Shown here: piece after piece, positions 12,078-24,375 of the stretch
Layout of the letters: the number at the start of each line of letters is the position of its first letter
Position numbering within the stretch: the stretch's first letter is position 1
NCBI GenBank assembly: GCA_038496445.1
Contig: JALMLS010000593.1
Location: 277,915-341,914, forward strand
Reading direction: 5' to 3'
Length of the DNA stretch: 64,000 nt
DNA from: Trichosphaerium sp. ATCC 40318
Taxonomy: Eukaryota; Protista; Tubulinea
Notes under the pieces: model-generated
What the model was told of the DNA's origin: nothing
What the model saw: only the letters and a program-made list of their open reading frames with translations
Databases searched by the model: none
Translations under genes and position numbers: made by a program

Positions 12078-13880
12078 ATGGAGACCAAGGGGAAGAAAAA
12101 GGAGAAATATACTTACATTAGAGGTTTTGGCAATCATATTTCTTCTGAGAGCGTAGATGGCGCTCTGCCAGACTGGCAAAACTCACCTCAGGTGTGTCCT
12201 AAAGGTTTGTACGCAGAACAGCTTCAAGGCTCAGCATTCACTGCTCCACGCACCAGTAACTTCAGGAGGTACGTTGCTTTTCATTTTCACAATGTTATTT
12301 CAAGTGTCATGTTCTACTTTACCCCGTTAACCACTATTCAGTTGGTTATACCGAATTCTACCGTCTGTAGTACATCAACCGTTTTCACCATACAAACAAC
12401 CTGGGATAACGAACAATTTTTCTCAAATGACTCCAAACCCAAGCCAAATGCGTTGGAAGGTATTTCCTTACCCTACTGAAACGAAAAACTTTGTAGAGGG
12501 CATTCAAACGTACTGTGGAGCCGGTACGTGTTTTATATTTTTTTTTTTCTATGTTGTATTCCTAGTCTTCTAAAGATTAATTTGAAGGTCACCCATCAAT
12601 GAAACATGGAATAGCTATTTACATGTACAGTTGCAATGCGTCAATGACAAATAAAGCTTTCTACTCCTCAGATGGAGACTTCCTTATAGTACCACAAGAA
12701 GGTAAGGACAAGCGAATGAACAACATTTTGTTGATAATATTTTTTTTTGTAGGTGACTTGGATATTACCACTGAGTTTGGTAAGATCTATGTCGAGCCAG
12801 GAGAGATTGTAGTTATACAACGTGGAATGCTATTTAGTGTTGACTTACCAGACGGAAAAGCACGAGGATACATGACAGAGATATTTAATGGCCACTTTGT
12901 GCTTCCTGACTTGGGTCCAATCGGTACGAATCTATTTCTTACTTACGACTTTTTCATGTTTTTTTTTGGCGTTCACCGTTGTTCTAATCACCTTTTATAG
13001 GCGCAAATGGTTTAGCTAATCCAAGAGATTTCATGGGCCCTACTGCAGCGCATGAAAGGCGCCAGTGTGATTTTGAAGTGATTTCAAAATTCAATGGAAG
13101 TTTGTTCACTTACAAAAAGACGTTTTCTCCTTTTAACGTTGTTGCTTGGCATGGTAATTACTATCCGTACAAGTATGACCTAAGTAATTTCAGCACAATC
13201 AACTCTGTTTCGTTTGATCATAACGTACGTTAACACCACAAACAGTCTTTTTTTTTACCGTTGAATTTTCTGATCAGTTAACTTTTTTTTTGAACTTCGT
13301 CCAAGTTCTTTTTCGAAGTTTATGCCATAGCAACATCGCATATAGCCCCAGCGTTGCTGTGTTTTGTTTTTATAATCAAAGCTAAGCTGAATTACTTGTT
13401 TAGGATCCTTCAATATTCACAGTTTTGACCTGTCAAACTGATACACCTGGTGTTGCTGCTTGTGATTTTGTTATATTTCCACCAAGGTGGATAGTACAAG
13501 ATAACACATTCAGACCACCATACTACCACAGAAATTGTATGAGCGAATTCATGGGATTAATAAAAGGAGTATACGATGCCAAAGAAGGAGGAGGTTTCGT
13601 TCCAGGTATGTGTACAAAAGTCACCACCCTTCTAACTCTCAAAGGTTCTGCCTCACTCCACAGTTGTATGAGTGCTCATGGTCCTGATGCAAGCTCTTTT
13701 ACCAAAGCATCTGAGGCCGAATTAAAACCGATCAAATTGAAAGAAACAATGGCATTTATGTTTGAGTCTACGTATACTTTTAATATATCTGATTACGCTC
13801 AAAACAAAGATATCATTGATACAGATTATTATAAATGCTGGCAAGGATTAAAAGATATGTATGTATCCGAAACGAAATAA
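12078..13880 (+). CDS. HGD: Homogentisate 1,2-dioxygenase
   Basis: [111 protein letters not shown]. Confidence 0.97.
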
Positions 13881-14042
13881 ACATTTTATTATTTTTTTTC
13901 TTTTCTTTTTGTTTGTTCTGTAATACTCGGGTTTTTTTTTTGTTGCAGAGTCTAGATGCAGTTTTGTGAATACCAACGTATAAGGGGGGAGTAAATTGTT
14001 TTAGGGGTTTTCTTTTCTTATTTTGTAACACGTGTGAGTAGT

Positions 14043-16169
14043 TTAGATAGGCAATTGGAAGGATACCTGTATTATAAGATAATTAGTTTTGAAACAGTCA
14101 TTTTATAGTTGAATGAGTAGAAATGCGTACGTTGAGGTTCACATCGCTTGCCATGTCTACAATTTGGGCAACTTTGACAGCTTGTTGTGCTGCTTGGTCT
14201 AAGTTATGTGTTGGAATGATGCGCAAGCCCGAAGACTCAATAAGGTCTCTTGCTTGTTCAACATTTGTTCCTAATTATTTCGGTTAAGTCAAACAACAAA
14301 TGATATTTTCATACCTTGGAGACGGATAACAATAGGGAGCGTAATGTTAAGTTCTCTGTAAGCTTTAATAACACCCGCAGCGATGACATCACAGCGCATA
14401 ATACCACCAAAAATATTAACGAGAATAGCGCGCACTTGAGGATCCTACAACCTTATTAATAAAGTGCACAAAAATTATGGATACTTACTTCGTTGAGGAT
14501 ACGGAAAGCTTCTTTTACTTGGGATTCTGTGGCACCACCACCAACATCCAAAAAGTTGGCTGGTGAACCACCGTGGAGCTTAATAATATCCATAGTTGCC
14601 ATAGCCAAACCAGCGCCGTTTACTGTAAAAAAAAAAATTAGTAAATGAGTAAAGTCACTAAATTTATCGCTACATACCAAGACAGCCGATATTACCATCT
14701 AATCCAATGTAGTTAAGGTCGTGTTTGCTGGCCTCAACTTCACGAGGATCCTCTTGTGTGACATCACGCATTTTTTGTAATTCTGGTTGACGGAATAAAG
14801 CGTTATGGTCAAAGTTAACCTTTGCGTCAAGACATAAAACTAGTAACATAGTTAGAGGAAAAAGAGTATTGTCGCATCAGTAGTAACGTTATACGTACCC
14901 TCTTTATCAGCGGTTTCTACGAAAGGATTGACCTCAACAAGAACAGCATCATACTTTACAAAGAAATCGTACAATTTCTTGATTTGATCCTTTGCCTAAA
15001 AGAAAAATAAGTCTCCAGTTTGTAGAAAACAAAAAATTTTGCGTACAGAGTCTCTAATGGTGCCAACTTCAAATTCTAATGCTTCTGCAACTTCTTCCAA
15101 TTGCTCTTCTTGAATACCAGTTGTAATATTGATAGGAACCTAAAAGATAACGATAAGAAAAAGCAAAAAAAACCCCCAAAGTTTTTGTAATTAATTCTCC
15201 ATTTTCCATTTTGTTTTTATTTATTTACCTTAATAATATCTTCTGGTGTATCTTTAGCGACTTGTTCGATATCCATACCACCCTATACAATTAATCAGAC
15301 AAGAAGGACACTATTTAGAAATAAGCACGCAGTACCTGCTTAGAGCAAACAATGACAGGACCACGAGATTCTCTGTCCATAAGAATTGCAAAGTATAGTT
15401 CCCTACGAATATACTCACGTTCGCAAATGTAAACCTGAAAGAGAGTAAGATCAAAAATCTCAAAAATGGGAAAGACGGAAAAATTACCTTTGATACAGGT
15501 CTGCCTGTCGGTCCTGTTTGCTTTGTAAATAGCTTGTACCCAAGCATCTTGCGTGCAAATTTTGGAGCTTCAGAAGGTCTAGTTGATAGGTAAGCTTAGG
15601 TACACTTGGAAAGCACCAAACCTGCAAATATGAACACCTCCGCGTAGGCCGCTGTCAAAATGACCTTTACCACGTCCTCCAGCGAGAACTTGAGCCTTAA
15701 CGATAACGTCACCGGATTTTGGTTCTATGAGTGAGTTAGTAACAACCAAGGCGCATTGTTCGAATATTTAGTGAGCTAGCTTTGTATTTTAAAAAAATAA
15801 CGCCGTTACGGCGATTGTAGCGCAAATCGCACTATAAAAACAGTATATGGGTGGTACGCAAGAGATCTGCTTACTTAGACGGTTGCACACTTCGATTGCT
15901 TCCTCTGGTGTACCAGCAACATCACCTTTGGCTGTTTTTATACCCTGTGAGCGAAAGAGCAGTTGACTTTGGTATTCATGGATCATTAAGCTCCTGATCT
16001 GTTGCTTTGGTTGAAGCTTTACCCTCGCTACCTAGAACCATCGATTATTTTCTAGTTTACGTGTACTAATTTAAACAACAGACATTTCAGTTACACGAAC
16101 CTTGCGCCTCGTAGAGCGAGTCACTGTGGCATTTCTGCCGAATCTATTGATGCTCTGCCAGCGTAACAT
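14043..16169 (-). CDS. SUCLA2: Succinyl-CoA ligase beta subunit, mitochondrial (probably ADP-forming)
   Basis: Arg-rich presequence [73 protein letters not shown] and C-terminal VSFQLPI*. Confidence 0.93.
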
Positions 16170-16405
16170 GACGACGGCAGTTATGACCTTGCAGGAATAT
16201 CGGCGAATAGGTCAGCGGTTAATTTTTTTTGCGAATCACAGAACGACTAGTGAGGTGGCAGCGATTTTTGGCTTTAGGCGTAATAAAGAGCGCCCGTGCG
16301 GTTTGTTTTGAGTGGGGTTTCAGTTCAAACGTCAAAGTCCAACCGTTTCCCACCCTTGTCTTAAATTGCAGTCGCCTAGGTGCCAGGTGTCATACAAATA
16401 GTACA

Positions 16406-16413
16406 TTTCCCGC
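16406..16413 (+). promoter_or_regulatory. Canonical E2F-binding site upstream of CDC6
   Basis: TTTCCCGC (consensus TTTSSCGC) lies about 35 bp before the CDC6 ATG. CDC6 is a classic E2F target. Confidence 0.55.
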
Positions 16414-16447
16414 CAACGCTAGGATAATACGCTTTGTGGATACCAGT

Positions 16448-18154
16448 ATGTACCGTTCACCCTCCAACAGTGAAACAAGCTCTGAAGCTTCCGATTCAGA
16501 TGTCGAGGTGCAAGTATCTATAGACGAAGAGGACGACACTACTATTTATTGCTTTGCAAAAGCGTTTTTACACATTGGCACGATTCCAGATAGATTTGAG
16601 GGCAGAGACACAGAGGTAACGGTTTAGAGCATAGTTTGGTAGCTCACAAATCCACAGAAAGACAAAATTCTACATTTTTTGAACAAATGCGTTACAACCA
16701 GGCAACCAGCGTCAATGTACATATCAGGTCCACCAGGTAACGCTATCTTACATTTCATTGTGGTTAATCTTAACAATTGTAGGAACGGGCAAAACCGCGC
16801 TAATTGACTTTGTTCTGCGTAGAGATTTAGCAGAACAATGCGAAGCAGCAAAAGTAAGCCTTTTTATTTCGAACATCATTTTTTTTTGGCGCTAAGTTTG
16901 ATGACAGACAAAAATGCCTACTGTTGTCCAAATCAACTGCTTGGATGTTTCACCACCCAAGCGTATATACCAGGACCTTTGTGAGCGTATTTTACCAAGT
17001 TCTGTGCGCTGTAATAGCCCAGAAGAGTATAAACGTGCTTTAGAACGAGATTTAACAAATTCGCGAAAAGGTTTGCTGTACGTCAATAAATTATCCAAAC
17101 TCTTTGTAGTACTCACAATCACTAAAACAGGCTTTTGATCGCAGATGAAGTAGATCAATTATTGACAAGGCACGTGAAGGCAGAACCTTTTTTTTGTTAA
17201 CCGATTTTTTTCTTGATAGGAATCCAAATATTTTGTACAGTTTATTTGAGTGGCCAACACTCCCTTATTCCAGACTAATACTCATTGGTATTGCAAATAC
17301 GATGGATATGACATCCGCCGCTCTACCAAGGCTAATAGCTCAACAAAGTAAGTCGGTGGTAACAGGTTTTTTGTTGGCTTGCAACTAATTTTTATATTTA
17401 TCAGTTGAACCTACTCTACTTCATTTTTCGGCGTATGGTAGCGACCAGTTGATACAGATTGTTAATGCTCGATTAAATCAATTACCTACAAAGGTATTCG
17501 ATGATCGTGCTTTGAAACTCATTGCAAGACGTATTTCAAATGGGTCTGGAGATGTAAGAAAAATGCTTGATATTTGCAGGTAAAAAACAAGGTTTTCTTC
17601 CCCCACATTGTGTTATTTGCTAGTTAAGATCCTAAACTCTGTTTAGTGCAGCTGTAACAAATGCAGAGGAAGAGTACACAAAAAATTTAAAATCACAAGA
17701 TAAAATTACAACAGTTTCACCAAAACACGTGTCATCTGCTTGGCAGAGTGTTTTTGGATCTGACCCTATATTAACAATATCAGAATTAAACTTATATCAA
17801 CAATGTACTTGTATGGTACTCGTTCAAGCTATCAAATCACGTGCAAATGTACACACTTTCTTTTTTTTCACGTGTTTTCAAATTGTGAGCTAAAAAACTT
17901 TGTTTTAGAAGTATCTTGTTCTTGGTGTTTTACACGAATCATTCAAGACATTATGTCGTTCTTTGGGTATATATGATCGTACTGTACAGTTTTTTAGTCT
18001 TTGTGATGTGTTGGTTGATTACTCTGTTATTTCTGTTGAAACAAGAAAAGCAAGAAAGAACCGTAAAGTTACTCTATTATATGGTGTTGAGGATATTTTG
18101 ATGGCCTTAGAAAAGCATCCTGTGTTAGGTGGATTAGTGGAAGACACGAGATAA
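16448..18154 (+). CDS. CDC6: Cell division control protein 6 (Cdc6/Orc1-family AAA+ ATPase)
   Basis: Walker A SMYISGPPGTGKT, Walker B IADEVDQL, LYSLFEWP...LILIGIANTMD, sensor 2 SGDVRKMLDIC and a C-terminal winged-helix-like region. Confidence 0.88.
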
Positions 18155-18407
18155 ACGGTAGAATGTACAATAGAATAATAAAAAGAAATTAATTGACTAC
18201 AGTCTTGGGTGCGGAACTCAATGAGCGATGGGTATTAGCATTAGGCGATGAGTGTTCAACAGTTGCAGTATCGAGCAACTAAGCAATGTATCAAATCTTT
18301 ACATGGTATAATCATGACACTCCGCAAGTCACAAAGAAATGAATTCAGTAGATAAATAGATTTCTTTCTGATTTTTTTCTTTATTATTACATTAATAGGA
18401 TTTGGTA

Positions 18408-20157
18408 CTAGTGATACATTACTCGCTCATTTTGTACACCCATTAAATTTATCGTCTTGGTTCCTTGTTGAGGTACTGAACCAATCAATGGTTTTGATAA
18501 ATCATAGCGTGAATTTAATTTAATACGTGGGGCATAGTAATGAATAGTTGCAGCAACACTGTTAGCATCTGTGTACCAGTATGGAATTGGCACTAAACTA
18601 ACGCCTAAAGAGCAGAGAATAAGATCTTCTTACACCTACAATAGCGCACCATGAAACAAGCAATGTTCACTCTTTTCAGCGTCAAGGTGTTGTATAATAA
18701 CCGAGGGTCGGACATGGGGCATATCTTGGCCGTAGTGAAGTTCTCCTTCAAGTATTGTAAGAAAAACTGGTCCTGGCTTTCTTAACAGCAAGTGCATACC
18801 TTGGTATTCTAAAGCAAGGTTGTATTCTGGTAAGAATAGATCTACTGTCAAAGGTGACCCAGTAACTTGTCTTATATCAATACTATGCTCTTCAAGTATT
18901 TCCGCATCAGGAAAGATGTCAGTGATTAAATGGCGCAAGTGTCTATTGATTGTTATTATTAAGAGTATTTGAGCAAGAGTACCTTTGACTTGATTTCTTT
19001 GATGCGAGTTTGAATGCATTCCAATCCCATGGGTGAGTATCATCGATGACTCTTAGCACCCTAGGGAATAGTGGTATAATACCTCCACCTCCAAGACGGC
19101 TCAGCTGTGTTTGTGATACGCGATACCTTTTGGCTTTGTTAATAGTAGGACAAATCAACACTATGTACCAGCCACTATGACCTGAGATCCCAAGAGAGCG
19201 TTCTACACGCTTTAGGAAGTCAAACTGATTTCTACGAGTTCTCCAAAATCCAGTTGGGTGCTTACTTGCATATTATTGTTAGTGTACTTATTCAAAACAA
19301 AAAAAGTAAATCGTACTATCTAGTTGGCTCACGCTTGATTTTCTGCTTAAGAGGAGATGTTGGTTTAACAAATAGTTCCCACTTCCACTTATGCTTGGGA
19401 TACAGGTCCCTTAACAGTACATGAAGAGAACCAGAGTGCCTAAGAGACTTTTAGCTAAGGCATACTTTTGCGTGCGTATTTGACTTTCGTTGCACGTACT
19501 GGTGTAGAACTTGATAAGCACCTAGATCTATAATATCTCGATGGTAAATACCATACCATTCATCAAGCTCTTTGACTCCAAATGTATCAGCTAGAACATT
19601 AACTATATCACGTATATTTTCTCTTTTCTCCCAAAAACGCATGGGCGACATTCTAAACTTCTAATGTCAAAACACACGTGCAATAAACGTGATAAAAGTG
19701 ATGAGTCAAAAGGCAGTTTACGTAAACTTCCAAGGGAGCCATTTATAATGTGGGTACGCTTTTGTTAACGCTATAATGATAGAGCCTTTGTATCTGCGAT
19801 TGTAGCGCTGGTTAGTATGAGAACAACCAATCCTGCAGCTTACTTTTTTCTTAGGAGTGTGGCACCATCTACTCCACTTGCATCAACTGCTGTAACGTTA
19901 TACCATCCGTCTAAAGTATGAACACAAAGTTTGGGTGCGAGAATACTATTAAAGAGTATACGGTGGTTATGTATATTCTCCCAATGCCCGTTTTTGTATT
20001 TCAACGGCTTTTTGATGATTCTATTCTCTTTTTGCGCTTTAGTACCTAAACAGCGATGAATTCATTCAAAATACATATCAGACGCGTAATAACGCGTATT
20101 TCAACACTCAAAAACATAATACAACATAAACATACCTCTAACAAGCTCATGTCGCAT
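18408..20157 (-). CDS. Trp-rich repeat protein with C-terminal PD-(D/E)XK/Vsr-like nuclease domain (paralog A)
   Basis: Repeats (GHW..N.R..F...LDGWYNV...GSI...L..AYP...W.PWKF; RFW...N.R...LDEWYGI...GSL..LL..LYP..KW.W..F; GFW...NQFDFL) are followed by LTVDLFLPEYNLALEYQGELHY...D.EK...C...G..LVPIPYW. Confidence 0.75.
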
Positions 20158-20316
20158 GCCTCATGAACTAAATACGCGTTGACACGCTCTCAAAGCGTTA
20201 AAAAGTTTTATTTACACAAAAAAAAAATCGTTGACGCGATTTTCCAACATTTTCGCCTCTAGGTGACAACCTTGTTGTTATTTACCCTTTTCTGTTCATT
20301 TAATCTTCCAAAATTA

Positions 20317-21788
20317 TTATACATCTTCATCCTGTTTAGACGAAGTAACCTTGTCAACTTTGACAGGTTCTTGATAATACAAATACAATGACACTGATAC
20401 AATACAAATACCGAATATAAGCTGTATAGGCGGTAGTTGCTGATATATCAAAGAAGAGAATATCATTGTGACTATCATACTGATACTGTGAACCTAAAGG
20501 ATTATAAGAAGAATAAATTATAGACTAAATCCGTTGTAGTATAGTCTCTCTTGCTTGCCTGGACTTTGGCTATGTTATCTTCAAACTTTAAAATAGCGCT
20601 CAAGGCAAGCCCCGAGAAAGCATGCAGAAGGACACCAACAACAGCAAGTGGTTCGTGATGTAGTACCTGAAGTACATGTTAAATATTTATAGCATTCTAG
20701 GCTTTTGACGTACGGTAAGGAAGCCACCTTGCATGAGTTGAGGTGAGTAAAAAAATGCCAATGCCAAAAAATTAAAGATGGCACCGTAACCATATAATTG
20801 CATACTCTGTACTAAAAAGTATTCACCGTCCCTGTGAGAGTATTGATTAGAACTAACAATCATTCAAATGTCTCATACTTTCTCTTGTATAGATACTCTG
20901 TATACACGCCTGCAAATCCACTCAGGCAAGCGTACACAAATATGAGCAAGAAAGCTGCAAAAAATGATTAGATGTTGATGGTTTTTTTTAAAAAGAGTTT
21001 CTGTTTTACCTCGGAAATTTAAGTTTAAAATGAGCGTCTTGTCACATGTAACGAGTTGAGTATTAGCTGTCCCAAGGAATAGTAGAACCAACGCTGACCA
21101 TTGTATATTTGACAGGTGCTTATTCATTAAAAATCGTAAAAGCAAGCCTAGATACAAGTCAGATCTCATCAAAGAAAAAAAAATCGATAAAATGACTTTG
21201 TTTAGATTTAGCGGTGACTTGTACCAACAAATAATGTTCTCATGTTTCCCAGGACTTCGAATGTGGTTGGTTGATCAATACTAGAGAATATTGCGTATAG
21301 AATGTTGTCGTTTACTAAATAAACAAAGGCTGGTATCATGAATAAGCGTGATTCGGCCCATGTTACGCTAGTAAATTAGTTAGCGCATGTGTAGAGGAAA
21401 AAAGAGCTAAAATGTCAACGTTGACATTGCAATTTTAGTGTGTACCGTATAGGTGTATCTGTGTGAGTACGGTGTGATAAACACAGGAACATGCATATTA
21501 ATAGCTTGATTACTTCGAGCAAAAATGTAGCTGACGCTGTGGCGGGTACCCCATCGTGTGATTTGGCTGATTGGGCGTAAAAACGTGGTGTTATGTATGT
21601 AGCTACCTTTTGCGACTTTGCCCATTATGATATCGTTGCTAGAGAGCAGCAGCATTGTCACTAGCGTTAATAAAAGCCTCCTAGCGTACTGTTATACATT
21701 GTTATCTCAAAATGGCTAACCTGTTCTTGATTGTGAAACGAGTGACGCTGGCGGCTGCCTTACTCAACTCCTGAGGCTCTACCAACAT
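20317..21788 (-). CDS. Nucleotide-sugar transporter, SLC35A-like (CMP-sialic acid/UDP-galactose family)
   Basis: ATFLLEVIKLL, IPAFVYLVNDNI, TFEVLGNMR, LSNIQWSALVLLFLG, CLSGFAGVYTEYLYK, GLALSAILK and DNIAKV. Confidence 0.88.
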
Positions 21789-21911
21789 ATTTATCTGCGC
21801 AAATCTAGTACTCATTGAGTTACAGCATCACCAGTCGAAAATGTTTTGGTCAAAATTGGTATATTGTAATTGTCAATTTGTAAAATAGGCACGTAGTGTC
21901 AAAAATAGGCT

Positions 21912-24196
21912 ATGGCAGCGCGTAAGATACTGTTTAAAAAGCGTGGTGCCGTAAAATTAGAGAGCTACTCCGTACAGCTCTCTGTATGTCTAGACTTCAT
22001 GCAGGAAGTACAGGTAAGTATAGATTGGGCGTTCATGGACACACACGAATTTAGAGCTTTGGTATGTTAAAATATGTGCTAAACACCCTACTACGCCTCA
22101 AAACACTCTGACTAACGCTTTACAGACAAAACCAGATCAAGAACTTATATTCTCCACTGTTGTTATGTCCAACATTGCTAGTACCACCAGTCATTCATCA
22201 GACTCGTACGCTCACCGGTTAAAGTGAAATTTCAGGTTGTTTTAATGATTGCAAAAATAGGCTAAAAACACTGATAAAAAACAACCCACCAGTAAAACGT
22301 GCTCTTGGCGAAACCCTTAAAAAAGTAATATGGAAGTTTGATGCGTCAAACAATGTACAAGATAGTGTTGGTGCACCGTTTATTACTGTATCATGTAACA
22401 CAAAATTTGGCGTTATAACTGTATGCAAAATATGTCCTTGTTTTTAGAGTCACTTCACTAAAAGTATCTCCAATGTAATGTATCATATTAGGTGTTGCAG
22501 AATATAAATAGATTGGATGATATTAAAGATAGTGGTTGGCTTATGAAGAAGAAATTTTCTATTGCTATGGCGTAAGAAGAGCTACTTTGAGAAAAGTTGT
22601 ATATGTAAATGTTAATGTCATTTAGAGAAGCTAAGCTTATTTCACTTGCTGAAATCAATGTGTTAGGTGCGCTATTGTTATAGGTTATCTTTGAATTAAC
22701 TTAAGTTTAACTAGATCCTATAACACCTAGAACAACAGCACGTGAGCGTATTACTTTTTATAAATTTTATCTTAATATTAAATTAGGTATGTCTCCTTTT
22801 AAACATAGACAAAAGATGGCAATAAAGATGAAAAGAATGTCCGAAAAAAGAAGGAATCTGAGTAGTTCTACGTCTAGTGAAGATTTTAAATTCGACACAT
22901 CAATTCATAAGGTAATAATAATCCATTATTGCTTGCAACGTGCTTATAAATCTCTTTTATTCAGATACAAATACTCAGTATAATTTCAAGCTTTCAACGA
23001 TTAACACAACGGTTTCAAACCAAGTATCAACTGCTTCTTACAGTAGGTAAGTGAATGTCTTATCCCAATATAGAACTAAACCGTTACAATAAGCATGTAG
23101 TTTTAAACCACTCTTGGAGTCTACAGCATTCAAGTCACTAGAAATCGGAGACCAAAAAAAAGTTCTTCGAGGTCTTGATGATTTTGCTTCAATAGGTCTT
23201 ACTAAAAAATTCTCTGGTCTTATTGACTATTGCTTTGATAATCCTAAGGCAAAAAACTTTATTCAAGATTATGTAAGAAATATAGAAATCCATGTGGATG
23301 ACAGTAACTCTCTGAGAGACATGTCATGTAAACCTTACGGTGAAGAATGGAATATGGCGTTTAACTGTGTTTCAAATGCGTTAGAATTTAATATAACAAT
23401 GTTTGGTGCCAGTATGGGTAAGAAGGGTGTATGCGTAGGCTGGGTATGTTAATCTAATATAAAAGTTAACTCGGCTAATACACTTTCTTTTTTAGGGACC
23501 TAAGTTTTTACGTCATCTTGAGGCTGGATGCTTTTTGACTCGTAGTCCAAAGCCTGGGTCTATTGGCACTATTGATCCTATTTTTGCAGTTCAAAAAAAA
23601 CGTACACACGTGTTTGCACGAGTCATACCTAAAGCTAACTATTTATTGTGTAGTTTCAAGTAGAATTACAAAAGCAATGGCGAAGAAAATGGAATTCAAG
23701 TTCGGTCTTAGAAAGAACACGCTTTCTCAGTACTTTCTTTACATTCCTCAACCTAGACAACAGACAATAATATCAGATATTTGCCACTTTATGAACGATG
23801 CAGTGTGGGGAACATCAACAACATATGGGTACGTATAGTGTATTATTCTTGTAATACTAATAATAAAACACCAATAGGCTTAAGCATTTTTTGACAACGA
23901 CACTTGCTGCTAAAACTATGAGAGAGTTTACAACTATTAAACTTGAAGTAGATGCAGAGAATAAAGTGGATGCATTCTCTAATGATGTACTACTACCCAA
24001 CTACCTTGTTAGAAAGGAAGAATCGACATTAGTCATTACTGTAAACTTAGAAGACACCGAAATGAGGAGAAGGCTGTATGCTGAAGAACCACTTGATTTT
24101 GTACCTGTTGGTTACTGCGTAGAGATATTTTTGAATCCTGACGCAAACATAGAAGCGCCTAATTTACAGTTCACTAGTGAAACAAATAAAAACTAA
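21912..24196 (+). CDS. Hypothetical multi-exon protein with an apparently triplicated domain
   Basis: Exons with GT-AG borders join into a long reading frame with three similar segments ending in WKFDASNNVQD, IHVDDSNSLRD and LEVDAENKVD. Confidence 0.55.
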
Positions 24197-24375
24197 CTTA
24201 GTAACAAAAAATAAATGGTAACGTACCACAAGCCCTGAGCTTTCTTCATACTCTATATCCACGAGAGCATCTACAGTAAAGATTGTCACGGTTTTGTTTT
24301 GGGGTTTTTTTTAATGCAATTTGCCTCCTGCAAATTAATCCGGAATCTCCAACAAAAAATACTAGCTAGCAAACT

